Assembly: GCA_965197585.1 (NCBI GenBank)
Contig: OZ240215.1
Coordinates: 2,816,001-2,880,000, forward strand
Length of the DNA: 64,000 bases
Reading direction: 5' to 3'
DNA from: Dehalococcoidia bacterium
GTDB lineage: Bacteria; Chloroflexota; Dehalococcoidia; Plut-88900
The position numbers and the translations under genes were made by a program. The notes below the pieces were generated by a model. It did no database searches and was not told where the DNA came from. It was given only the letters and a program-made list of their open reading frames with translations. Positions 20,860 through 32,184 of this stretch are shown here, piece after piece. Numbering within the stretch: position 1 is the stretch's first letter; every line of letters begins with the position of its first letter.

Positions 20860-23800
20860 ATGGCAAGAGAGATGAGCGAAAAGATGTTCAAACCGGTATC
20901 GAGCAAGGTGAGTTTTCCGGAGCTGGAGACGCGGGTGCTGGAGTTCTGGAAGGACCGTGATATTGCGAAGCGGTCGGTGGAGGAGCGTCGGGACAGGCCA
21001 CAGTACGTGATGTTCGAAGGGCCGCCGACGGCCAACGCCGGCCCCGGCATCCACCACGTCTTGTCTCGGGTGTTCAAGGACATCATGCCCCGCTACAAGA
21101 CGATGAAGGGCTTCTGCGCGCCTCGGAAGGCGGGATGGGACACCCACGGCTTGCCCGTTGAGCTGGAGGTCGAGAAGAGTCTCGGCATTACGCGGAAGGC
21201 GCAGATCGAGGAGCATGGCATCGCCGAGTTCAACGCCGCCTGCAAGCAGAACGTGATGCGCTACGTGAAGGAGTGGGAGGCGCTCACCGACCGCATCGGC
21301 TTCTGGATCGACATGGAGCACCCCTACGTCACCTTCGAAAACTCGTATATCGAGTCGATGTGGTGGATCCTGAAGCAGCTCTGGGACCGGGACCTGATCT
21401 ACGAGGCCTATAGGTCGATCTGGCACTGCCCCCGCTGCGTCACATCCCTGAGCGACCACGAGGTGGCCCAGGGCTACAACGACAAAACGAAGGACGTGGC
21501 CATATTCGTGAAGTTCAGGGTCGACCTTGAGGACGACGACTACAGCAACGCGGCCCGCACCTTCATTGGCGGGTCCCCCCTTCCGACCTCCATCCTCGCC
21601 TGGACGACGACTCCCTGGACCCTCCCCGGTAACACGGCCCTGGCTGTCGACTCTGACGCAGACTACGCAGTCGTCCAGGACAAGGCCGAGGGAGCGATAC
21701 CCGAACGGCTAATCATGGCCGAGGCCCTCATCGGAAAGCTGCTTCCGGAGGGCTACGAGACCCTCGGGAGGGTGAAGGGCAGCGACCTGGCGGGAATCGG
21801 ATACAAGGCCCTGTACAACCCGGTGGCCTACCGGGTCCCGGGGATCGGACGGTTCGCCGAGGGCCGGGTGCAGGGGGGCGCCAGCTACACGCCGGGCCAA
21901 ACGGCGACGTTCCACGTTGTCGGCGGGGACTTCGTGAGCCTGGACGAGGGTACGGGAGTGGTACACATCGCACCTGCCTTCGGTGAGGACGACTTCAAGA
22001 TAGGGGCGTCGGCGGGGCTGTACTTTGTCCAGCATGTCGATTTGCAGGGTGCGATGCTCGGAGACTTCCCGTTCGCGGGGAAGTTCGTGAAGGACGCCGA
22101 CGCGGATATCATCGACGACCTCACGGCCCGGGAGCTGATGTTCCGGAGCACCCAGATAGTCCACACCTATCCCTTCTGCTGGCGGTGCAGCTCGCCGCTG
22201 GTCTACTACGCCAAGAGCTCCTGGTACATCAACACCACTGCCATCAAGGACACGCTGCTGGACAACAACGACAAGGTGAACTGGTACCCCGGCCACATCA
22301 AGTGGGGGCGGTTCGGGGAGTGGCTGAGGAACGTGCAGGACTGGGCCATCTCAAGAGAGCGGTACTGGGGAACGCCGATACCCTTCTGGCAGTGCGACTC
22401 CTGTGAGAAGTACGAGTGTATAGGCTCGATAGCCGAGCTCCGTTCGAAGAAGGCCGTACGCGGCATCACCGAGCCTCTGGACCTCCACCGCCCCAACGTC
22501 GACGAGATCTACTACGAATGCGGAGGCTGCGGCGGCACGATGGGCCGCATCCTGGAGGTGATGGACGTCTGGTTCGACTCGGGAGCGATGCCCATCGCTC
22601 AGTGGCACTATCCATTCGAAAACGAGGGCATGCGAGAGGACGGCCGGTTCCCCGCCGACTACATCTGCGAGGCCGTCGACCAGACGCGAGGCTGGTTCTA
22701 CAGCCTTCACGCCGTATCGTCACTGCTATTCGGCGAGCCGTGCTTCCGCAACGTCATCTGTCTCGGGCACATCCTGGACGAGGCCGGGGAGAAGATGAGC
22801 AAGTCCAAGGGGAACGTGGTTAAGCCGTGGTCGGTGCTCGACGCCCAGGGCGCCGACGCCCTGCGCTGGTACCTGTACACCGCCTCGCCACCCGGCAACC
22901 CGCGCCGGTTCTCGGGCGAACTGGTACAGGAAGCGATCCGCAAGTTTATGCTGACCCTGTGGAACACCTACTCGTTCTTCGTCACCTACGCCAATATCGA
23001 CGGATACCAGCCAATTCGGGATAGGAACGGGGCCAAGGCATCGGGGCTGGACCGGTGGATAGAGTCGGAATTGCACCGGCTGGTCAAGGACGTGACCGAC
23101 TCCCTGGACAACTACGATCCGACCAACGCTGGCCGCAGGATCGAAGGTTTTGTGGACGTGCTGTCCAACTGGTACGTGCGTCGGAGCCGACGCCGTTTCT
23201 GGAAGAGCGAGAACGACGCCGAAAAGCAGTCTGCCTACGACACCCTCTACAACTGCCTGGTCACGCTGTCCAAGCTCATCGCTCCCTTCACGCCGTTCCT
23301 GGCGGAAGAGCTCTATCGAAACCTTGTCTTCGCGGTTGATTCTTCTGCCCCTGAGAGCGTTCACCTGGCCTCGTTCCCCGAGGCAGACGAGTCGCTCATA
23401 GACCCCGCCCTAAACGACGAGGCTCGGCTGGCAATGAAGGTTAGCAGCCTGGGCCGCGCCGCCCGGAGCAAGGCGGGAATCAAGGTGCGCCAACCGTTGG
23501 CGTTGGCGACGATTATGGTCCCGAGCGAGGAAGAAAGGAAGTCATTGCGCGGCAGCTTCGACCAAGTGAAAGAGGAGCTTAACGTCAAGGCGTTGAAATT
23601 TGCCGACTCAACCTCAGAGCTGACAGTCGAAGACGTGTCAGCAGATACGACGCTGCTCGGACCCAAGTATGGGAAAGACACGCCGAAGGTCCTCAAGTGG
23701 CTCTCTGACGCGGACCCCGAAGAGGTCGCAAGGGCGGTGAAGAGGGGCCAAAAGGTTCGGTTAGTAGGAAAACTCAGTGCTGGAACTCCGAAACTTAGTG

Positions 23801-24219
23801 GAGTCCTCACCGTAGTTAATCCATCTGAGGAAGAAACTGAATTCATCCTAGAGCCGGAAGAAATCAAACTGACGGTAGTGGTTAGGGATGGGATTGCGCT
23901 AGCAATGGAGGGAGAATACGCGGTTGCTGTGCCGACTACCATATCTGCAGAGCTAGCGAGGGAGGGGATGGCTCGAGAGCTGGTGCACCGGCTGCAGACG
24001 ATGCGGCGGTCGGCGGGCTTCAAGGTTGTCGATCAGATAGTGAGCTACCTGGTCGGGGAGGGTGCTCCGGCGGAGGCCTTGGCAGCTTTCGAAGACTACG
24101 TGAAACAGGAAACGCTATCTAAAGAAGTCTTCACATCTGCCCCCCCACCCGAGGCGTTTGTCGAGACGCATAAGCTGGACGGTCGGGAGGTGGTGTTGGG
24201 AGTGGTGAAGGTGGGGTAG
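20860..24219 (+). CDS. ileS: isoleucine--tRNA ligase, type 2
   Basis: EGPPTAN..GIHH, GWDTHGLPVE, WTTTPWTLP, GTGVVHIAP, DQTRGWF, KMSKS; true start may be 20872 or 20884. Confidence 0.96.
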   Translation: MAREMSEKMFKPVSSKVSFPELETRVLEFWKDRDIAKRSVEERRDRPQYVMFEGPPTANAGPGIHHVLSRVFKDIMPRYKTMKGFCAPRKAGWDTHGLPVELEVEKSLGITRKAQIEEHGIAEFNAACKQNVMRYVKEWEALTDRIGFWIDMEHPYVTFENSYIESMWWILKQLWDRDLIYEAYRSIWHCPRCVTSLSDHEVAQGYNDKTKDVAIFVKFRVDLEDDDYSNAARTFIGGSPLPTSILAWTTTPWTLPGNTALAVDSDADYAVVQDKAEGAIPERLIMAEALIGKLLPEGYETLGRVKGSDLAGIGYKALYNPVAYRVPGIGRFAEGRVQGGASYTPGQTATFHVVGGDFVSLDEGTGVVHIAPAFGEDDFKIGASAGLYFVQHVDLQGAMLGDFPFAGKFVKDADADIIDDLTARELMFRSTQIVHTYPFCWRCSSPLVYYAKSSWYINTTAIKDTLLDNNDKVNWYPGHIKWGRFGEWLRNVQDWAISRERYWGTPIPFWQCDSCEKYECIGSIAELRSKKAVRGITEPLDLHRPNVDEIYYECGGCGGTMGRILEVMDVWFDSGAMPIAQWHYPFENEGMREDGRFPADYICEAVDQTRGWFYSLHAVSSLLFGEPCFRNVICLGHILDEAGEKMSKSKGNVVKPWSVLDAQGADALRWYLYTASPPGNPRRFSGELVQEAIRKFMLTLWNTYSFFVTYANIDGYQPIRDRNGAKASGLDRWIESELHRLVKDVTDSLDNYDPTNAGRRIEGFVDVLSNWYVRRSRRRFWKSENDAEKQSAYDTLYNCLVTLSKLIAPFTPFLAEELYRNLVFAVDSSAPESVHLASFPEADESLIDPALNDEARLAMKVSSLGRAARSKAGIKVRQPLALATIMVPSEEERKSLRGSFDQVKEELNVKALKFADSTSELTVEDVSADTTLLGPKYGKDTPKVLKWLSDADPEEVARAVKRGQKVRLVGKLSAGTPKLSGVLTVVNPSEEETEFILEPEEIKLTVVVRDGIALAMEGEYAVAVPTTISAELAREGMARELVHRLQTMRRSAGFKVVDQIVSYLVGEGAPAEALAAFEDYVKQETLSKEVFTSAPPPEAFVETHKLDGREVVLGVVKVG

Positions 24220-24536
24220 GGGATCACTGCCAGAGGCTCCGGGAGTATATTGAGTCCCACCCGCCTACTCTCTTGTTGAGTCATGGGTGAGGCGTGAGCG
24301 GGCAAGTCCTAGATCCCTCGCGGGGCCTCGGGATGACAGTGTTATAGGTGTTGGTTGGGATGGGGAGGGCGACCACGACGGATGGACAACGCGGGCCACA
24401 CCCCGCTCGACCCTTCGAGTACCTCAGGATGAGCGGCCCCTCCTAGGGATGGATTCACGCCTCGGCGCACGCCAAAGGCGCACTTACAGTATCTTCGACT
24501 GGCTCGGGGGCCGGAATGACGGGGGGGGATGGGGGG

Positions 24537-25607
24537 TTATTCCCTGACGGCGAGGACTACGGAGAGGGTCATCTCCTCTCCGCCCCGGATTATGGTGATG
24601 TCAAGTTCGTCTCCGAGAGGGCTGGTGCGGATCAGGTGGATGAATTCGTCGCTGGTGGTAAGGAGTTCGCCGTTGAATCTTATGGCGACATCCCGGGCCT
24701 CGAGGCCCGCCTCCTCGGCGGGGGTGTCCCGCAAGACGTTGGTTATCAGAACGCCCTCTTCGATTCCCAGGTCGAACCGCGCTGAGATGCCGGGATTGAC
24801 GGTCGCCAGCGTGACGCCTAAAAAGCCCCTTACCACCTCCCCGTGGGTGATTAGTTGATCGACCACCCGGTTGATGGTTTGGGTGCCCACTGCGAACCCG
24901 ATTCCCGGCTGGGTGCGGTCTACCGCGGTGTTGATGCCCACGATTTCACTCTCCAGGTTCAACAGGGGGCCGCCGCTGTTGCCGGGGTTGATTGCGGCGT
25001 CGGTCTGGACCAGGTCGCTAAGCTCGCCGTCGCTCAGGGAAACGGACCTGCCCAGGGCGCTGACGACACCCGCTGTCACAGTGGGCCCGCCCTCAAAGCC
25101 CATCGCGTTGCCTATGGCGACGACGGGCTCTCCGATTCTGAGCGACTCGGTGTCGCCGAAATCGAGGGAGGGCAGGCCTTCAGCATCCACTTTGATAACA
25201 GCGAGGTCGGATATGGGGTCCGCGCCGATAATCTCGGCGCTGAAAGTCTGACCGTCAGTCAGGGTGACAAGGATGAAGCTGGCTTCGCGGACCACGTGGC
25301 TGTTGGTGACAATCAGGCCGTCTTCGCTGATGATTACACCGGAGCCGGAGTAGTCGGACTGGGATCCGGGGTCGAGAAACTGGCTCAGGTCGACGGCACT
25401 GGTGAGTATGGATACGACGGCCGGCAGAGAGTGCTCCGCCACTTCGGCGACAGACATGGGCCGGACGGTGGGGGTAGGGGCAGGGGTCTCGGTGGGCGGA
25501 GGGGTGGGCTCGGGGCCCGCGCTGCAGGCAGCTCCCACGAGGGCCAGGAGGAAGACGAGGGTCGAGAGCAGGCGGATGTCCGCACTCAGTCCGTGGGGCC
25601 TAGCCAT
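24537..25607 (-). CDS. HtrA/DegP-like serine protease lipoprotein with PDZ domain
   Basis: Lipobox GAAC, GSGVI, TNSHV, DLAVIK, QTDAAINPGNSGGPL, GFLGV PDZ. Confidence 0.92.
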   Translation of the reverse strand: MARPHGLSADIRLLSTLVFLLALVGAACSAGPEPTPPPTETPAPTPTVRPMSVAEVAEHSLPAVVSILTSAVDLSQFLDPGSQSDYSGSGVIISEDGLIVTNSHVVREASFILVTLTDGQTFSAEIIGADPISDLAVIKVDAEGLPSLDFGDTESLRIGEPVVAIGNAMGFEGGPTVTAGVVSALGRSVSLSDGELSDLVQTDAAINPGNSGGPLLNLESEIVGINTAVDRTQPGIGFAVGTQTINRVVDQLITHGEVVRGFLGVTLATVNPGISARFDLGIEEGVLITNVLRDTPAEEAGLEARDVAIRFNGELLTTSDEFIHLIRTSPLGDELDITIIRGGEEMTLSVVLAVRE

Positions 25608-26553
25608 CGTCTTGCGTTTTGGTGTAGACCAGCATGTCGACGGCTAACCGCCCCGAGTCTTCGCCGTCATAGTCCATCTGCTGCCTCTTACGTCTCAGCT
25701 TGTTGATCCTTGAGGCGACGACTGCCCCGAACAGGAGGATGACGCCGGAGAAGTAGGCCCAGGCCAACAGGACGACCATAGTGGCAGCGGTGCCGTACAC
25801 CAGGTTGTAGATGGAGAGCCGGGCCACGTACCAGACAAAGCCGTGGCGCAGCGCCTCGAAGGATATGGCGGCTAGCAATGCGGCGGGCCAGACGTCCTTC
25901 CACTGGACTCGGGTGTTGGGGATGTAGCGGTAGAGGGAGCTGAAGGCGGCGAAGGTCAGAAGCAGCGGCAGGCCCCAGCCAAGGAGCAGCCAGGTCCCGC
26001 CCCAAGGGCCGGAGGAGTCCGTGGCCGCCGTGCTGCGGGAGAATTCGATGATAGGGGTAATCGAAAGGGACAGGATGAATATCATCCACGATCCGAGCAT
26101 GAGAGAGAAGTCGATAATCCTTTCCCGCAGAAACGATCGGGGGTTGAAGATGGCCCACGCGGCATTGATTCCCTTGCGTGTGGCGGCAAATACGGAAAGG
26201 GAGGCCCAGCCCAATCCGATGACGGCAACCGTTCCGGTGTACGGCCAGTCGTTGGAGACGTCTATCAGGGTGTCGGTAATGAAGTCCTGGGACACGGGGA
26301 CAGAGTTGCCGACTCGATCAATGAAGGAGTCATAGGAGACAAAGTCGCCGGTGATGATGACGATGGCCAGGACCATGGGGAACATGGAGAAAAGGCCCCA
26401 GAAGGCGATGGAGGCGGCCATGTGAGGGACGTTAAAGGTGAGAAAGTCGTGGATTACGGCCTTCACAAGGACCTTGATAGTGTCACTACGCCTGTGGCCG
26501 CGCCTGTCACGCTTGTTCAGCCAATCGGGATTGAATAGCGCCGGTACTTTCAT
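25600..26553 (-). CDS. YihY/virulence factor BrkB family membrane protein
   Basis: AASIAFWGLFSMFP, LYRYIP, YNLVYG, ILLFGA. Confidence 0.87.
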   Translation of the reverse strand: MKVPALFNPDWLNKRDRRGHRRSDTIKVLVKAVIHDFLTFNVPHMAASIAFWGLFSMFPMVLAIVIITGDFVSYDSFIDRVGNSVPVSQDFITDTLIDVSNDWPYTGTVAVIGLGWASLSVFAATRKGINAAWAIFNPRSFLRERIIDFSLMLGSWMIFILSLSITPIIEFSRSTAATDSSGPWGGTWLLLGWGLPLLLTFAAFSSLYRYIPNTRVQWKDVWPAALLAAISFEALRHGFVWYVARLSIYNLVYGTAATMVVLLAWAYFSGVILLFGAVVASRINKLRRKRQQMDYDGEDSGRLAVDMLVYTKTQDDG

Positions 26554-26616
26554 GCTCTACTTCATTGCCGCCAAGGGCATAGCCGGGTTACGGTACGGTC
26601 CAGCCAGGCCTCGAGG

Positions 26617-27360
26617 CTAGGGAAGGGCGGCGGCGGGCGCTTTGACCGGAGCCCCGACCGCTTCTTTCTGAGCGTCGAAAAGCTGTCTCAGGCCAACGGA
26701 CACTGTGTCGAGAATCGAGTCCATTTCGTCCCGGGAGAAGGGCCTCGCCTCCCCGGTGCCCTGGACCTCTATGAGCTGTCCAGATTCGGTCATTACAATG
26801 TTAAAGTCCACGCTGGCGGCGGAATCCTCTTCGTAGCACATGTCCAGCAGAACGTCCCCGCCTCGGATTCCGGCGCTCAGACCTGCCACGGCAGACATTA
26901 TTGGGTTGGAGCGACCGGTCAGGCCCAGGGTCTGCATGGCGTCCATCAGGGCGACATAGGCCCCGGTGATCGAGGCCATGCGGGTGCCGCCGTCCGCCTG
27001 CAGCACGTCACAGTCGACGGTCAAGGTCCTTTCGCCGAGCTGCTCCATGTCGGCCACGGATCGGAGAGAGCGGCCTATGAGCCGTTGGATCTCCATACTC
27101 CTGCCGCTAGGGCGGCCTCGGGACTGCTCCCTGGGCGAGCGCTCGGGTGTGGCCCGGGGCAGCATGGCGTACTCGGCGGTAATCCATCCCTGTCCCTTAC
27201 CCCTGAGGAAGAAGGGGACGCGGTCTTCCACGGACACGGTGCAGAGCACCTTAGTGAGGCCCTGGGATATCATCGCCGAGCCTTCCGCGAAGGCCTGAAT
27301 ACCCTTAGTGATCCGCACGGGCCGTAACTGGCCCGCGTTCCTACCATCGGTCCTGATCAA
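26617..27360 (-). CDS. rph: ribonuclease PH
   Basis: RTDGR..QLRPV, GWITAEYAMLPRAT, EIQRLIGRSLR, DCDVLQADGGTR, EVQGTGE. Confidence 0.96.
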   Translation of the reverse strand: MIRTDGRNAGQLRPVRITKGIQAFAEGSAMISQGLTKVLCTVSVEDRVPFFLRGKGQGWITAEYAMLPRATPERSPREQSRGRPSGRSMEIQRLIGRSLRSVADMEQLGERTLTVDCDVLQADGGTRMASITGAYVALMDAMQTLGLTGRSNPIMSAVAGLSAGIRGGDVLLDMCYEEDSAASVDFNIVMTESGQLIEVQGTGEARPFSRDEMDSILDTVSVGLRQLFDAQKEAVGAPVKAPAAALP

Positions 27361-27622
27361 TCATTTCCCCCTAGTGGACAGCCGACCCAAAGGGCCGAAC
27401 CGTATGTAAACGAGTATAGCACCGGGCTATATGGGGGGCAATTTGAGGGGGGAGCCCCTCCCCACCCTTACTAAGAACAGAGTGTCTGTGTAGGGGATGA
27501 AGTGCAGACTAACGCCTCAGATTCCTCGCAGAGTCTCGGAATGACAGGGTAAACGACGCTCGGGTTGCCTGAGGCGCGGACACCTTGATGCTATAATTCA
27601 CCCCTCCCCTGGAGATAAAGGA

Positions 27623-28675
27623 ATGAATGTTCAAGCACCCCAAGCTCATTGCCAGTATTGCTACTATGCCCAACTCTACAATCAGCCATTGTGTGAACAA
27701 GCAGGACGCACGAGCCAAGACATGAGCCAAGAATCCCCAACGCTATCTCGCCATAATGCGCTCCGGGATACCTTAGCTCTGGATTGGCAAACAGCCTTGA
27801 AAACAAGGCGCAAGCCAGTGGTGCCCATAAAGTGTGAGTGTGGCAAATCTATCGAGATGCCCTTGGATGGCGTGAAGGTCGCAACGGAATATACGTGGCG
27901 TGGCACACGGACTGATATTGCGATTCTTGATGCTGCCAACAAGCCATGTTGCTTTGGGGAAGTTATCGACAAAGGGCCACCTTCGCCAGATAAGCTGGCG
28001 ATATATCGGCAAGCTGGTTTCCCTATCTGGTTCATTCCCTATGCCGACACGAGAGCACTACTCGGTTATTGCTCGGTTGCGTGTTGGGAAAATAGGCAAG
28101 CAGTCAAACAACGTGTTGAAAGCAATAGACGCTCTCCCAATGATGAGTTTGACATCGATTCGTTGAGGTGGTGTGAAGACTGCGGCGTCAAACTTGAACG
28201 GAATGAAGCCATTATAGATTGTCAAGGAGTGTTTTGCCCCAAATGTATCGGAACTAACATCATTCACTTGTGCTGCTGGGGAATAGGTGCCTACGACCTA
28301 GAAGACCGACGGATAAAGGACGATCCATATAATCCACTCACTCAGGCAGAGCTATTGGCCTATTGGAATACGATGGACTTCTGGCGGTTCGTATGGGAAA
28401 AGCGAGTGCGAGAACCCACCGAGCCATACGGAGGCCCTAAAGATGAATCATTGACATCTAGTGCGCTCCAATACATCGACACCGCAATAGCCAGCCAGCA
28501 AGTCGAGATAGCATATGCACGACTACAGGAGGTTGGCTATGCTCCGATGACTGCCTTTGAGCCAATCAATTGCCGTGCGGTCGCACGGTGCTGGACTGAA
28601 CTTGAAACCTATACAGAGTCTCTATTACCTAGCAATTGCAAGGTGATACGCCGACCGGACGACTGGGAAAGGTAG
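27623..28675 (+). CDS. hypothetical protein with PD-(D/E)XK-like (CoiA-like) segment and Cys clusters
   Basis: EYTW..TRTDIAILD....FGEV...PSPDK; CxxC pairs; low GC; TGCTATAAT upstream. Confidence 0.55.
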   Translation: MNVQAPQAHCQYCYYAQLYNQPLCEQAGRTSQDMSQESPTLSRHNALRDTLALDWQTALKTRRKPVVPIKCECGKSIEMPLDGVKVATEYTWRGTRTDIAILDAANKPCCFGEVIDKGPPSPDKLAIYRQAGFPIWFIPYADTRALLGYCSVACWENRQAVKQRVESNRRSPNDEFDIDSLRWCEDCGVKLERNEAIIDCQGVFCPKCIGTNIIHLCCWGIGAYDLEDRRIKDDPYNPLTQAELLAYWNTMDFWRFVWEKRVREPTEPYGGPKDESLTSSALQYIDTAIASQQVEIAYARLQEVGYAPMTAFEPINCRAVARCWTELETYTESLLPSNCKVIRRPDDWER

Positions 28676-28685
28676 GCACGGATTC

Positions 28686-30505
<1,820 letters not shown>

Positions 30506-30544
30506 TAGGCCCGTGTGTCGGCCACCGGCACAGGAGGTGTGAAC

Positions 30545-30715
30545 ATGAAATGCAGCTCTTGCCAGAAGAAAGTCGAAAGGTGGCTCCGCCGGGAGTATAA
30601 CGTCTACTGCATGCCCTGCTACAAGCAGGCCCTGGACCTGAGGCAGGGCCTTTCCACCAACGACAACGAGGAGTGGAACAACCGTCGGGCCTTGGCTCAA
30701 CTGGAAGGGCAGTAG
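30545..30715 (+). CDS. small CxxC...CxxC (zinc-binding) protein
   Basis: AGGAGGT SD; MKCSSC...YCMPCY. Confidence 0.6.
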   Translation: MKCSSCQKKVERWLRREYNVYCMPCYKQALDLRQGLSTNDNEEWNNRRALAQLEGQ

Positions 30716-30740
30716 GAAGCCCTAAACATTTGCAAAGGCG

Positions 30741-31133
30741 ATGCTTCTAGAAGAACACATAGAGACAGCCAAGGACTTTCTTGACGCAGCAGAAAAGGAA
30801 TACGCGTCAGGAGAACGGTTGCAGGCGTTCGAGAAGCTGTGGGGTGCTGCATCCCACGCTACACTGGCCTTGGCGCGGCAACGGGGAGGCCCTGTCGGGG
30901 GCCATAGAGACCTTAGAAACCTGATATGGGACGTCTCCAAGTCTGAATCAGGACCCGACTTACGTGCCGGGTTCTCAATAGCCGAGAAATGTCACGCCAA
31001 CTTCTATCACGATTTCATGTCCTACGACGATGAATTCGCAGTATCCCGTGAGCTTGTGGGGGAGTTCGTTGATGCCGTTCTCGGCCTCGTGAACGGCGAG
31101 GCTCAACCACAAAACGGGCAGGAGTCCGGTTAG
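30741..31133 (+). CDS. PaREP1/HEPN-like protein
   Basis: QAFEKLWGAA, HRDL, AEKCHANFYH. Confidence 0.75.
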   Translation: MLLEEHIETAKDFLDAAEKEYASGERLQAFEKLWGAASHATLALARQRGGPVGGHRDLRNLIWDVSKSESGPDLRAGFSIAEKCHANFYHDFMSYDDEFAVSRELVGEFVDAVLGLVNGEAQPQNGQESG

Positions 31134-31154
31134 ACCATTATTTGGAGGAACTGA

Positions 31155-32168
31155 ATGATCACCAGGATCGGTATTAACGGCTTCGGCAGGATAGGCAGGC
31201 AGGTCACCCGCTCCATACTCGAGAGACATTCTGACGAGCTCGAAATCGTAGCCGTCAACGATCTCACCGACACCGAGACCAACTCCCACCTCTTCAAGTA
31301 CGACACCAACTACGGCAGGTATCCCGGTACCGTCGAAGCTGCCGACGGCCACGTCGTTGTCGATGGTCGGCCCATCAAGGTCTTCTCCGAGCGCGACCCC
31401 GCCAAGATTCCGTGGGGCGATCTCGGTGTGCAGCTGGTCATCGAGTCCACGGGCTTCTTCACAAACGCCCAACAGGCCGCCGGCCACCTGGAGGGCGGGG
31501 CCAAGAAGGTGATCATCTCCGCCCCCGCCAAGGGTGATGACCTCACAGTCGTCATGGGCGTAAACGAGGACAAGTACGACCCAGCGCAGCACACCGTCGT
31601 GTCCAACGCCTCCTGTACCACCAACTGCGTTGCGCCCCTGGTCAAGGTGCTCAACGACACCTTTGGCATCAGCCACGCGCTGATGACCACCGTCCACGCC
31701 TACACCAACGACCAGAAGATCCTGGACCAGGTCCACAGCGACATTCGTCGGGCCCGAGCCGCAGCCGCCAACATCATCCCAACCACCACCGGCGCCGCCA
31801 AGGCCGTAGGCGTTGTCATGCCGGAGGTGCAGGGCAAGATACACGGCATGGCCTTCCGGGTGCCAGTTCCGACAGTCTCACTAATCGACCTCGTAGCCAA
31901 CGTCGAACGCTCCGTCACCAGGGACGACGTGAACCAAGCCTTTCAGCAGGCCTCCCAGGAGACCCTGAGCGGCGTACTGGAATACTGCGAGGAGGAGCTG
32001 GTCAGCAGCGACTTCAAGGGCAACCCCGCCAGCGCCATCTTCGATGCACCCTCCACGATGGTGATGGGGGACTCGATGGTGAAGGTGCTCGGTTGGTACG
32101 ACAACGAATGGGGCTATAGCTGCCGGGTGGGAGACCTGGCCGCGTTCATGGCGTCCAAGGGCCTCTAG
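31155..32168 (+). CDS. gap: type I glyceraldehyde-3-phosphate dehydrogenase
   Basis: [35 protein letters not shown]. Confidence 0.97.
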   Translation: MITRIGINGFGRIGRQVTRSILERHSDELEIVAVNDLTDTETNSHLFKYDTNYGRYPGTVEAADGHVVVDGRPIKVFSERDPAKIPWGDLGVQLVIESTGFFTNAQQAAGHLEGGAKKVIISAPAKGDDLTVVMGVNEDKYDPAQHTVVSNASCTTNCVAPLVKVLNDTFGISHALMTTVHAYTNDQKILDQVHSDIRRARAAAANIIPTTTGAAKAVGVVMPEVQGKIHGMAFRVPVPTVSLIDLVANVERSVTRDDVNQAFQQASQETLSGVLEYCEEELVSSDFKGNPASAIFDAPSTMVMGDSMVKVLGWYDNEWGYSCRVGDLAAFMASKGL

Positions 32169-32184
32169 GCCCTAAGGCCGGGCC

